64,000 nucleotides of DNA, from assembly GCA_002269645.1 (NCBI GenBank), contig NIVC01001935.1, positions 156,805 to 220,804 on the forward strand. Direction: 5' to 3'. Within the stretch, counting starts at the first letter, position 1. Each line of letters starts with the position of its first letter. The DNA comes from Macrostomum lignano. Taxonomy: Eukaryota. Shown here piece after piece: positions 47,132 through 59,371 of the stretch. Below the pieces are notes generated by a model. That model was not told the DNA's origin. It did not search any database and saw nothing but the letters and a program-made list of their open reading frames with translations. The translations under genes were made by a program, and so were the position numbers.

Positions 47132-47512
47132 ATGGGCCTGGCCTCCGAGGTTGACGACTTCCTGCTGCACTCCAGCGGCAACACCCTGCAGCTCTGCACC
47201 TTCGCCATCCTGCTGCTGTTTCCTGGCGCCGCGGGTCTCTTCATCGTTGGCGGCGCCTTCCTGGCTGATGTACAGCTGAGGGCCAAGTACTCCTGGCTGC
47301 TGCCCTGCTCCGTTGTCATGACGTGTCTGGGCGCCGCGCTGCTGGTTGTCGGATCGACAGTCATCGCCAGGCTGTGCCGGTCGCACCGGAGGCAGCAGCG
47401 GCTGCGGATGAGCAGGCAGAGCGGTGCTACTGCCGGCCACCGGCCGCTGGTGACACCTGCCGGGTGGCAGCAGTACCGAACTGTCCCCAGCAGCACCATT
47501 GTGCAGGTGTAG
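47132..47512 (+). CDS. Small uncharacterised protein with two predicted TM helices (~126 aa)
   Basis: ATG at 47132. Hydrophobic segments LCTFAILLLFPGAAGLFIVGGAFLA and WLLPCSVVMTCLGAALLVVGSTVIA, then a basic RRQQRLR stretch. GC3-rich codons like the neighbouring genes. Confidence 0.6.
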   Translation: MGLASEVDDFLLHSSGNTLQLCTFAILLLFPGAAGLFIVGGAFLADVQLRAKYSWLLPCSVVMTCLGAALLVVGSTVIARLCRSHRRQQRLRMSRQSGATAGHRPLVTPAGWQQYRTVPSSTIVQV

Positions 47513-47664
47513 CTGCTTCTCTTGGTGTGCAACATCACCCACCTGCTGCATTTCTGCTTCTATTGAGGCTGAAGCTGATCGACACACATGTACACGTATG
47601 TAGAGGAGGCCTGTGTTTGCTTAATAGTTTTTTCTTTTTCTTTATAATTTCCTATCTAGACTGT

Positions 47665-49690
47665 CTGTGTCACTCTCGATGTCACTCCCAGTGTCACTCC
47701 AACTGAAAATGGTCATTCCGATCCCAGTGTCACTCTAACTGAAAATGGTCATTCCGATCCCAGTGTCACTTCAACTGAAAATGGTCACTCCGATCCCAGT
47801 GTCACTTCAACTGAAAATTGTCACTCCGATCCCAGTGTCTCTCTAACTGAAAATGGTCACTCCGATCCCAGTGTCACTCTAACTGAAAATGGTCACTCCG
47901 ATCCCAGTGTCACTTCAACTGAAAATTGTCACTCCGATCCCAGTGTCACTCTAACTGAAAATGGTCACTCCGATCCCAGTGTCACTCCAACTGAAAATGG
48001 TCACTCCGATCCCAGTGTCCTTCAACTGAAAATGGTCACTCCCACTGTCACTCCAACTGAAAATGGTCACTCCGATCCCAGTGTCACTCCAACTGAAAAT
48101 GGTCACTCCCAGTGTCACTCCAACTGTAAATGGTCACTCCCAGTGTCACTCCGACTGAAAATAGTCACTACGATCCCAGTGTCACTCCAACTGAAAATGG
48201 TCACTCCTACTGAAAATGGTCACTCCGATCCCAGTGTCACTCCAACTGAAAATGGTCACCCCCAGTGTCACTCCAACTGTAAATGGTCACTCCCAGTGTC
48301 ACTCCGACTGAAAATAGTCACTACGAATCCCAGTGTCACTCCAACTGAAAATTGTCACTCCGATCCCAGTGTCACTCCAACTGAAAATGGTCACTCCGAT
48401 CCCAGTGTCACTCTAACTGAAAATGGTCACTCCGATCCCAGTGTCACTTCAACTGAAAATTGTCACTCCGATCCCAGTGTCACTCTAACTGAAAATGGTC
48501 ACTACGATCCAGTGTCACTCCAACTGAAAATTGTCACTCCGATCCCAGTGTCACTCCAACTGAAAATTGTCACTCCGATCCCAGTGTCACTCTAACTGAA
48601 AATGGTCACTCCGATCCCAGTGTCACTTCAACTGAAAATTGTCACTCCGATCCCAGTGTCACTCTAACTGAAAATGGTCACTCCGATCCCAGTGTCACTC
48701 CAACTGAAAATGGTCACTCCGATCCCAGTGTCACTCCAACTGAAAATGGTCACTCCGATCCCAGTGTCACTCCAACTGAAAATGGTCACTCCCACTGTCA
48801 CTCCAACTGAAAATGGCCACTCCGATCCCAGTGTCACTCCAACTGAAAATGGTCACTCCGATCCCAGTGTCACTCCAACTGAAAATGGACACTCCTACTG
48901 AAAATGGTCACTCCGATCCCAGTGTCACTCCAACTGTAAATGGTCACTCCCAGTGTCACTCCAACTGTAAATGGTCACTCACAGTGTCGCTCCGACTGAA
49001 AATGGTCACTCCCAGTGTCACTCCGACTGAAAATTGTCACTCCGATCCCAGTGTCACTCCAACTGAAAATGGTCACTCCGATCCCAGTGTCACTCTGACT
49101 GAAAATGGTCACTCCGATCCCAGTGTCACTCTGACTGAAAATGGTCACTCCCAGTGTTACTCCAACTGTAAATGGTCACTCCCAGTGTCACTCCACTGAA
49201 GCTGGTAACTCCTAGTGTCGCTCCACTGAAGCTGGTCACTCCCAGTATCACTCCAACTGAAAATAGTCACTTCGATCCCAGTGTCACTCCGACTGTAAAT
49301 GGTCACTCCCAGTGTCACTCCAACTGAAAATAGTCACTCCGATCCTAGTGTCACTCTAACTGAAAATGGTCACTCCGATCCCAGTGTCACTCCAACTGAA
49401 AATTATCACTCCAAGTGTCACTCCAACTGAAAATAGTCACTTCGATCCCAGTGTCACTCCGACTGTAAATGGTCACTCCCAGTGTCACTCCAACTGAAAA
49501 TAGTCACTCCGATCCTAGTGTCACTCCACTGAAGCTGGTCACTCCTAGTGTCACTCCACTGAAGCTGGTCACTCCCAGTATCACTCCAACTGATAATGGT
49601 CAGTTGGTCACTCCCAGTGAAACTCCCAATATCATTCTGTGTCACTCTGATTGAAACTCACAATGTCACTCCAACTGAAGGGTTCAAGGT
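47665..49690. repeat. Composite ~19/38-bp repeat (aactgaaaatggtcactccgatcccagtgtcactcc)
   Basis: Direct repeats visible in the sequence. Confidence 0.93.
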
Positions 49691-50264
49691 CACTCCCTCT
49701 GAGTCCCCTTTGTGACTCCAGTAGTGGTACAGCAAGAGCGATAGACTAGCAATCCACATTTTTACTCTATCTTTTTCTTGTTCAGAATTCTGTAGTAGTA
49801 TTGGCTCCTGTACACAAGTGGAAAGATATTTTAATTACTCGGAAATAATTTTTGTCTGATTGTATAAAAAATGAAAACCATCCGCTGCTGAACTTTGATT
49901 GCTTTTGTTCAAGTTTTTTTTAGATTCAAAAATCAATTTTTTTCAAAATAAACGTAACTGCAATGGCATTTGAACTCGAGAATTTTTTTTGCGTAGTTTG
50001 AAATTTGAGAGATAAAAATAGCAAATCTATTAATGGAGATTGTCAATCAAAAAAAAGATTCTGACGGCAAGCTACAATTTTCAGAAAAATACAAAATTAG
50101 AGTAATTGACGAGTCTGTATTTGAATATTTAGCAGTGCTGGCGTTTAGACACACACCGTGACACAATTCTTTGTTCACATCAAATCACGGGGACACAAAT
50201 CATGAATCGTGTCAATTGAAGCTCAGTTGCAATTCATCTTCATTGTCCCAATTTCACTCTTTTC

Positions 50265-51755
50265 CCTCACTCCCTCTGTCTGCAATTGTCACTCCCAGTG
50301 TCTGCAATTGTCACTCCCAGTGTCTGCAATTTTCACTCCCAGTGTCTGCAATTGTCACTCCCAGTGTCTGCAATTTTCACTCCCAGTGTCTGCAATTGTC
50401 ACTCCCAGTGTTGCAATTGTCACTCAAGTGTCTGATGCAATTGTCACTCCCAGTGTTGCAATTGTCACTCCCAGTGTCTGTTGCAATTGTCACTCCCAGT
50501 GTTGGAATTGTCACTCCCAGTGTTGCAATTGTCACTCCAGTGTCTGATGCAATTGTCACTCCCAGTGTTGCAATTGTCACTCCCAGTGTCTGTTGCAATT
50601 GTCACTCCAGTGTCTGGTGTAATTGTCACTCCCAGTGTCTGCAATTGTCACTTCCAGGGATTGCAATTGTCACTCCCAGTGTTGGAATTGTCACTCCAGT
50701 GTCTGATGTAATTGTCACTCCCAGTGTTGGAATTGTCACTCCCAGTGTTGGAATTGTCACTCCCAGTGTTGGAATTGTCACTCCAGTGTCTGATGTAATT
50801 GTCACTCCCAGTGTTGCAATTGTCACTCCCAGTGTCTGCAATTGTCACTTCCAGGGATTGCAATTGTCACTCCCAGTGTTGCAATTGTCACTCCCAGTGT
50901 TGGAATTGTCACTCCAGTGTCTGATGTAATTGTCACTCCCAGTGTTGGAATCGTCACTCCCAGTGTTGCAATTGTCACTCCAGTGTCTGATGCAATTGTC
51001 ACTCCCAGTGTTGCAATTGTCACTCCCAGTGTCTGTTGCAATTGTCACTCCAGTGTCTGGTAATTGTCACTCCCAGTGTCTGCAATTGTCACTCCAGGTT
51101 GCAATTGTCACTCCCAGTGTTGGAATTGTCACTCCAGTGTCTGATGTAATTGTCACTCCCAGTGTTGGAATGTCACTCCCAGTGTTGCAATTGTCACTCC
51201 AGTGTCTGATGCAATTGTCACTCCCAGTGTTGCAATTGTCACTCCCAGTGTCTGTTGCAATTGTCACTCCAGTGTCTGCAATTGTCACTTCCAGGATTGC
51301 AATTGTCACTCCCAGTGTTGCAATTGTCACTCCCAGTGTTGGAATTGTCACTCCAGTGTCTGATGTAATTGTCACTCCCAGTGTTGGAATTGTCACTCCC
51401 AGTGTTGCAATTGTCACTCCAGTGTCTGATGTAATTGTCACTCCAGTGTCTGATGTAATTGTCACTCCCAGTGTTGCAATTGTCACTCCCAGTGTTGCAA
51501 TTGTCACTCCCAGTGTCTGCAATTGTCACTTCCAGGGATTGCAATTGTCACTCCCAGTGTTGCAATTGTCACTCCCAGTGTTGCAATTGTCACTCAAGTG
51601 TCTGATGCAATTGGCACTCCCAGTGTCTGCAATTTTCACTCCCACTGTCTGCAGTTGTCACTCCTAGTGTCTGCAATTTTCACTCCCACTGTCTGCAGTT
51701 GTCACTCCTAGTGTCTGCAATTGTCACTCCTAGTGTCTGCAATTGTCACTCCCAT
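50265..51755. repeat. ~21-bp repeat (gcaattgtcactcccagtgtt)
   Basis: Direct repeats visible in the sequence. Confidence 0.93.
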
Positions 51756-52149
51756 TTTAACTTTCAGTTTTACTAGCTACAATAGATAAATTGAAATCGT
51801 ATTAGAAAAAATAGTAAAAATGATCATACTACTTACTGTATTCAGTAATCATCTGCGGACACAGATTCATGTGCAATATGCATGCATTTGAACGGATATT
51901 CTCAGTGCTGAAATATTTCACAACTGTGCAATGAAATTTAGCTCAAAACTTGTCCAAGTAAAGTGAAATTGTAAATTGCAATCCTTATTGCCACAGTGTG
52001 AGATGGCAGTAAAGCGCAGATCCCACTGACTGTCTTGAGTGGAAGTGCACGGGTCACCCCTCAGTGACATTCCGTTACTCCCACTGTTACTACTATTTGT
52101 CGCTTCAAATCTACCTACAAATTTCACTCAGGAGCACAATGGTTGTCAG

Positions 52150-53050
52150 TCGCACTGTCATCCCTATTGTCACTCCCACTGTCATCCCTATTGTCACTCC
52201 CACTGTCATCCCTATTGTCACTCCCACTGTCATCCCTATTGTCACTCCCACTGTCATCCCTATTGTCACTCTCACTGTCATCCCTATTGTCACTCCTACT
52301 GTCATCCCTATTGTCACTCCCACTGCCATCCCTATTGTCACTCTCACTGTCATCCCTATTGTCACTCCCACTGTCATCCCTATTGTCACTCCCACTGTCA
52401 TCCCCATTGTCACTCCCACTGTCATCCCTATTGTCACTCTCACTGTCATCCCTATTGTCACTCCCACTGTCATCCCCATTGTCACTCCCACTGTCATCCC
52501 TATTGTCACTCGCACTGTCATCCCTATTGTCACTCGCACTGTCATCCCCATTGTCACTCCCACTGTCATCCCTATTGTCACTCCCACTGTCATCCCTATT
52601 GTCACTTTCACTGTCATCCCTATTGTCACTCCCACTGTCATCCCCATTGTCACTCCTACTGTCATCCCTATTGTCACTCCCACTGTCATCCCTATTGTCA
52701 CTCTCACTGTCATCCCTATTGTCCCTCTCACAGTCATCCCTATTGTCACTCCCACTGTCATCCCCATTGTCACTCCTACTGTCATCCCTATTGTCCCTCT
52801 CACAGTCATCCCTATTGTCACTCCCACTGTCATCCCTATTGTCATTCCCACTGTCATCCCTATTGTCACTCCCACTGTCATCCCTATTGTCATTCCCACT
52901 GTCATCCCTATTGTCCCTCTCACAGTCATCCCTATTGTCCCTCTCACAGTCATCCCTATTGTCCCTCTCACAGTCATCCCTATTGTCACTCCCACAGTCA
53001 TCCCCATTGTCACTCCCAATGCCATCCCGTTGTCACTCCCACTGTCACTC
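52150..53050. repeat. 24-bp repeat (cactgtcatccctattgtcactcc)
   Basis: Direct repeats running up to the MYORG-like stop codon. Confidence 0.93.
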
Positions 53051-53056
53051 TTGATG

Positions 53057-55875
53057 TCACTCAACCAGCCAGAAGGCTGCCACCGAGTCGAGTGGCATCG
53101 TCACGTCTTTCTCTTGCGGCCCGGCAATGTCCTGAGACCCGTCCTCGGGCGCGAACCAGGGCCTCCACCGGCCGCTGGGGAAGTGCACCTTGCGGGATTT
53201 TGCGCCGGGCTCCAGCACCGGGGCCGCTAAGATCGAACGGCCCAGCAGGAACTGGTCGGCGCTGCCCGGCCGGCCGTCCTTCAGCCACCACATCGGACGC
53301 AGCAGGGGGTCGCCGTTGGCCAGAAGGTCAGCCAGAGCCGACTTCATGTTCTCGCGGAAGCGGGGCTCACTGCGGATGGCCAGCAGACGCCTGGAGATGT
53401 TCACCACCTCCTGCGGGTTAGGTAGATTAGCTAGATTAGCAATCCATTCTGTTCCAGCTCATCCCTGATTGGCTAGATTAGCAATCCATTCTGTTCCAGC
53501 TCATCCCTGATTGGCTAGATTAGCAATCCATTCTGTTCCAGCTCATCCCTGATTGGCTAGATTAGCAATCCATTCTGTTCCAGCTCATCCCTGATTGGCA
53601 AGATTAGCAATCCATTCTGTCCCAGCTCATCCCTGATTGGCAAGATTAGCAATCCATTCTGTTCCAGCTCCTCACTGATTGGCTAGATTAGCAATCCCCC
53701 ACTGACCTCATCGTAGTGCCATGGCGGCACAGACAGCTGCAGTGATGGCATGAGTACAGTTGCCTGCAGCCAGCGGATGTACAGCTCCCTGTCCGGATAG
53801 CAGTTCCCGTCCAGGCCGTCCGGTCCCTCGCAGTAGGCGTTGCCGCCCACCATGTCGGGTAGATGAAAATTGTAGCCGATGAGGCAGTGCAGCAGGGCGG
53901 AGGTGACCATGGCTTTAAGTCCGTTGTCCAGGCCCCAGTGCGAGTCCTTGTCGATGGCGCGGACAGTCAGCGGCAGGTGCTGGGCGCGGAAGCCGACGCG
54001 GACCTCCTGGCGGCGCCGCAGGGGGTCGAGGCGGATGCCGAAGTCGGCCCAGGCGTTCGCGTACCAGCCGGGGTTGCTGCGGTTGTCGAAACCGCGAAGG
54101 CGGGAGTTCTCGGGCAGCCAGTTGAACTCGCCGGCATCCAGCTTGAAGGAGTCCACGCCGAAGTCCGTCTTGAGGCGTTGGAGCTCCTGCATCAGGTACC
54201 TGTAGTGTCCGGGATTCAGCGATGGATACTGATCGACTGGTGGAATTTCGCTCCTCTCTATTGAGAGAATATAATAACCCCATAGTACTCGTAGTTTCTG
54301 GTGTCGTATGATAGGTTTCGGTGTCTTATGGTAGTTTCGGGTGTCTTGTAGGTTTTGATGTCCTGTGCAGGATCTTCCAGCTCCTTTCTGAATGCCTTCA
54401 AAGCCTGCCTGCGCCACTCACTTTGACCCTTCACCCTCCACATCCGTGATATCCACCATGGCCGCGCTGAGGTTCGCCCCGCGCCACCAGCTGGTGAAGG
54501 CGGGCTCGTCCAGCCGCGTCCTTGAGGTGAGCAGGAAGCTGCCGTTCCTCCTGGTCACTTGGGCTCCCGTGGCGAACGCCTCCGAGTCTTTGTTGACAAA
54601 CGGGTGCACCCAGAGCGTCAGGTTGTAGCCCTGGTCGTGCACCCCTTGACCATGGCGGCCGGGTCGGGAAACCGGGCTGTGTCGAACACGTGGTCGCCGT
54701 AGTTCACCGTCCATTTGTCGTCGACTCCGAGCTGGGAGGCCGGCAAAGCATTGGCGCTGATGTTGTGCGCGAACTCCAGCACCTGGGATTCGAGGGGCGG
54801 GCTGGGCCGCTGGTTTTTCAGTTGCTACCGAGTTGCTATGTACTCCAGTCACAATTTTGGGTCATGAAGATTGGGGTCAGCGAGAAAGGGTTTGAGATGA
54901 GGTCACTGGGAAAGGGGCAATGAGATGAGGTCACCGGGAAAGGGGCATTGAGATGAGGTCACCGGGAAGGGGCATTGAGATGAGGTCATCGGGAAAGGGG
55001 CATTGAGATGAGGTCACCGGGAAAGGGGCATTGAGATTGAGATCGAGCATCAGAGCCAGCATCAAGCGGCACCGCAACTCACAGACTCCTGGGTGATGCC
55101 GGCCTTCAGGTAGGCCCAGGTGGACCAGACAGGCCTCTCAAACAGGTCCCTTTCTGGCGTTTCGCTGGGTCCCGCCAGAACTGGGTGGCCCGGTAGAGCG
55201 ACTTGATGTCGGCGCCCGAGCAGACGGAGTAGGCGAGCAGCGGGTCTCCCGGATTTCTCGCCGCTAGATTGCCGTAGACTTCAGCGCTGCGGCTTCCGCT
55301 GAGGCAGAGCCTGCCGCCGGAGATGCTGACGTACAGCGGCACCGAGTCCTCAACGAACACAGCGAAGCCACCCGTGGAGATCCAGAATCGCTCGATTGCC
55401 CGCCGAACTGTCGCAGGTAGACGTCGCTGGGCACGTAGGCTGTCCGCACCTGCTCACCTGTGTTGAGCGGCCAGTCCTGGCGCCACATCTCGGCGCCGCC
55501 GAACCAGAACTCGCCGCTCATGTCGAAACAGTCCGTGACCTCCTTGACCGACTGGGTGAGCCGCCACTCGAACAGCCGGCAGGAGGCGTTCGCCGCGGGG
55601 TCGGCGTTCTGCCTGACATAGGCGGCCGAGCTGTCGCCGCAGTGGAAGTACTTGCCGGACCTCTTGGCCGTGTTGTTGAGGTTCAGCTGCACTTTCAGCC
55701 GCTTGCCCGAAGGCGCAGTGAGCAGCAGCTGGTCGAGCTTCACGTCGTGATCAGGGCAGGTGCGCTCCCGGGGCACGAGTGTGGGCAGCAGAGCAGTGAT
55801 GACAAAGGTGGCGGTGAGGCAGACCAGGATGAATCCGAGGAGGGCCAGCAGCTGGCCGCTGATTTTGAGTCCCAT
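53057..55875 (-). CDS. MYORG: MYORG/KIAA1161-like GH31 glycosidase (type II membrane) with three 1-nt frameshifts as assembled
   Basis: Exons 55083-55875, 54422-54782, 53707-54199, 53057-53410. N-terminal TM; WFGGAE; PVWSTW; LTLWVHPFVN; catalytic SFKLDAGE and IDKDSHWG; LPDMVGGNAY; RELYIRWLQ; QFLLGRSILAAPVLEPG. Confidence 0.88.
53425..53700. repeat. 42-bp intronic repeat (ggctagattagcaatccattctgttccagctcatccctgatt)
   Basis: About 6 copies filling MYORG-like intron 3. Confidence 0.92.
54890..55040. repeat. 28-bp intronic repeat (tgagatgaggtcaccgggaaaggggcat)
   Basis: About 5 copies in MYORG-like intron 1. Confidence 0.88.
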
Positions 55876-57326
55876 GGTTGGATGGCGCAGCAACGGACTG
55901 AGCGGCCAACCGAGCTAATAAATAAAGACTCTCAAGGCTGCGATGTGTGTTTGCTGAACAGCTGAATTTTCGTTGGCTTGACGGGGGGCCACTTGTTGCA
56001 CTAAAATAACTGCGGCTTGAGTTCGAAGCTCAGGGGTGCAGGTAAATCATAATCATAGCGACGGAGCAGCGGTGGTCATTGGGGTGGGACGAGTCCCAAA
56101 GATAAGATATAACAGCCCACAGCCAGCGACCAATGGCTTTCTTTTTTCGTCACACACAACTTTGAACTCAATTTTGTATGGTTTGATTCTCTTGGCTCTC
56201 TGCAAAATTTCTCTCTTGGGTTAAATACGCGTATATAGCGTTAAGTTCGGTCTGAAAAAAACTGCCGAAATGGCTCCGAGTGCGATCGATGCACTTCTTA
56301 TGATCAGAAAGAGGTCTAGTGATATCTTGCGCTTTTTAGTAAATTAGACTAGCCGATTTGCCCCCCTTTAGGGGTAGAACGGTTGTTTGTAGAAGTGCAG
56401 CTTTTTTGTTCGTGCGCAAACTGTTCGATTTCAATCTCATTGATTTTCTCGCTGCATTAATTTTGCCAGTTAGTTGGTAACTCTTGGAAGTACAGGTACG
56501 GCAGCAGATCGCTGTAGGCAGAAGAGCGGAGAGCACACGAAATACGACTCAACTTAATAAAGGGGGAGAGGAGCCAAAAGAAACCTCACTGCTCGCTCTT
56601 AAGACGCGACCCTGGATGATTCACCGCGACTGTACTGTATCGATACTCCAGTGTGTCAGGCTCATTCATGCTTTCTGCTTACAGGCGCGAGCAGGCCGAG
56701 GCTGGGGTTGCTGCCTTGTAGGCTAAGACGAACAGAAGCGCTTTTGAACGATCACTGAGTATTGGGACAATTTATTTGAAGGCCGAAATAAGAGGACAGA
56801 GCAGCTGAGCGGAGAACGCTGCTTGTGTCAGGGTGCCTGCAACCCTCCTGCAAGTATTAATATTATAATTTGGCTTCAAAACGTCTTAGAAAGATATAAA
56901 TTATTAAGCTTTTCAGCCCAACGTAAGCAAATTCTTACCTACAGTTCTGAAGTTCATTTTATGCCAGCGTGTCCGAGATGGCTTCATCGCTTATAATCTC
57001 AAATCAATCAGATGCCAACTTTATAAGCATATTTTAACTTCTTTTAATTGTATTTTCAATAAAAATTAAATAGAGTTGAGGGGTGCTTCGTCCTCCCTCT
57101 TCTATCAATGGTCAGGTGGGAAGGGAAAGCTCAGGATTTTGAATTTCTCAGGAGCAAAACACTTGCTACGAGGGTATTCAGGGGACCAAAGTTTATAGAA
57201 AACAGTGTCACCTCAGTTCATCAGTTTAACGTTTACGGTGTTTTCTGTCCAAGCAAATCAAGGCAGTAAATCGTTCAGCGGAGGTGGCGTCAGGTGACCC
57301 TGCGGCCCAGCCGTCACGTGACTCGG

Positions 57327-57932
57327 TCACTCGCAGTAGAACCAGAACACGGCCGCCGAGGCCAGAAAGCTCGGCCTCTCCAGCGTGCAGGTGACGAAGT
57401 CGTCCAGCTCCGAGTCGCCCGCAGTTCTCGACGCCATCATGAGGTGCTGCTGCTCCCGCTGCGTCACCGTCACCATGACAACGATCTTGTAGCGCGGGCA
57501 GCTGAAGTTGTTCTTCATCCGGCGCTTCACATCCTCGGTGACCATCTTGGCCAGCTTGGGCGTCGCCTTGGCGTCGTAGCGCGACTCGGCCAGGAAGAAC
57601 TTCAGGCTGTTCTCGGCGATGCGGCGCACCTCGGCGGCTGGGTACCTGGCGGTGGGCTCCGGGCCCAGCCGGTAGCTGTTCTCCTGCCGGCGCACCGGCC
57701 GGTTCCGGCGGTGCCGGGCGCGCAGGTCGCCGATGCGCCGCTTCAGCATCATCAGCGTGGCGAGGCTCGGCTGCTTCGCCTTGGCGGCGGCTGGGGCGGA
57801 GCCCGAGGAGGCCGGAGACTTCGATCGGTGTCGCCGGTCGCCGCCAGATGAAGAAGCGCTTGTCGTCGTCGGCGGTTGCGGCGGCGGCGGGCCCAGCCTG
57901 CGACCGGTTGCGCTGGACGCTGATGTTGCCAT
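57327..57932 (-). CDS. Tctex-1 domain dynein light chain (TCTEX1D/DYNLT-like), intronless
   Basis: ENSYRLGP....YPAAEVRRIAENSL....YD....KLAKMVTEDVKRRMK.....RYKIVVMVTV......MASR...D...D.......SFLASAAVFWFYCE fits the Tctex-1 domain. Confidence 0.88.
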   Translation of the reverse strand: MATSASSATGRRLGPPPPQPPTTTSASSSGGDRRHRSKSPASSGSAPAAAKAKQPSLATLMMLKRRIGDLRARHRRNRPVRRQENSYRLGPEPTARYPAAEVRRIAENSLKFFLAESRYDAKATPKLAKMVTEDVKRRMKNNFSCPRYKIVVMVTVTQREQQHLMMASRTAGDSELDDFVTCTLERPSFLASAAVFWFYCE

Positions 57933-58689
57933 GACAACAGGCTGCGGTATCCAACTGTGGCCTTGGCAGTGTTGCTCTGATTTCCTCCCAGAGTCTCGGC
58001 TTTGTTTTTATAAGCTGCCCCAGCCTCCGGAGCATTCAGCTCAGCCCGGGGGGGGGGGGCAAAGCTGCTTACAGAATGCTTTGAACGGCTCGCTTCCTCA
58101 GTTACTGGGGAAACAAAAGGAATTGGCGCTGCTACTGAGGCAGCCGGAAAAAGGGCCCGGGCGTTTTGGGTTGTGTGCTCAGCGGGAAATGGATCCTGTG
58201 CAGGGGAGAGGTGGGAGGCTCTCTGCCCTGTTCCCATTTTCTCTCTGTTGCTTTGACAACCGCCGTGAGCCGCTGGTTGAGAATGCATAGATGGGGAGGG
58301 GTGAAAACACAATGAGGCTGTGAGGCCCGGAGCGCTGGGCTTGAGCTGCGATCCGAGGTGAACGAGCGATGCAGTCGATCACTTTGAAGGCAGCCGTTCC
58401 CTCTGGCCCCATGCAGCTTTACATAGAAAAATTAAGGCTAATGGCTGCTGCCTGAGTGTCTGAGGAATCTCTTGATAATTGAAGAGAGATCGCTGCTCTA
58501 TTGTTCAATTTTTCGCGCAGTTATTTCGAATTAATATATTACAGTTATTAACACCAGTCAAGCGCTCTGGATAGCTATCAGTACAGCCATGGAGTTTTAG
58601 GCTGGTAGAATCTGGATTGGAAACAGATGAGCAACTGAATCTCATGATCTGAAACTTTGACGGCCCAGGTCGCAGCTTCTTTTTCTTTT

Positions 58690-59240
58690 CTTCTGTTCCA
58701 GACTCTAGGTCTGAGAACTCCTGGTTTGGAAACCGTTCTGTTCCAGACTCTAGGTCTGAGAACTCCTGGTTTGGAAACCGTTCTGTTCCAGACTCTAGGT
58801 CTGAGAACTCCTGGTTTGGAAACCGTTCTGTTCCAGACTCTAGGTCTGAGAACTCCTGGTTTGGAAACCGTTCTGTTCCAGACTCTAGGTCTGAGAACTC
58901 CTGGTTTGGAAACCGTTCTGTTCCAGACTCTAGGTCTGAGAACTCCTGGTTTGGAAACCGTTCTGTTCCAGACTCTAGGTCTGAGAACTCCTGGTTTGGA
59001 AACCGTTCTGTTCCAGACTCTAGGTCTGAGAACTCCTGGTTTGGAAACCGTTCTGTTCCAGACTCTAGGTCTGAGAACTCCTGGTTTGGAAACCGTTCTG
59101 TTCCAGACTCTAGGTCTGAGAACTCCTGGTTTGGAAACCGTTCTGTTCCAGACTCTAGGTCTGAGAACTCCTGGTTTGGAAACCGTTCTGTTCCAGACTC
59201 TAGGTCTGAGAACTCCTGGTTTGGAAACCGTCTGTTCCAG
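58690..59240. repeat. 45-bp near-perfect tandem repeat (ctgttccagactctaggtctgagaactcctggtttggaaaccgtt), ~12 copies
   Basis: Essentially identical copies. Confidence 0.97.
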
Positions 59241-59371
59241 ACTTCACATTTCGATACTTAAGTGGTCCTTTTTTCTACGAGGTAGGTTTTACGTCGTATA
59301 TTAAAAATATAACTGGCCATAGAGTTTCCATTTCCAAACTCTAAGCTTAAAACTCCATGGCTAAAACTCCA

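Noticed and set aside
48032-53421. Mucin-like or His/Cys-rich ORFs (IVTPTVIP, HCHPYCHS, VTPSVAIVTP repeats)
   Set aside because: Products of 21-38 bp tandem arrays open in all frames, with no signal peptide or splice support.
54258-54421. Apparent continuation of the MYORG frame (…RRQALKAFRKELEDPAQD…)
   Set aside because: It lies between a strong GTGAGT donor (54421) and a CTACAG acceptor (54200); removing it restores GH31 collinearity.
58690-59240. CRISPR-like appearance of this and other regular arrays
   Set aside because: Repeats are contiguous with no unique spacers, no cas genes are present and the context is eukaryotic.
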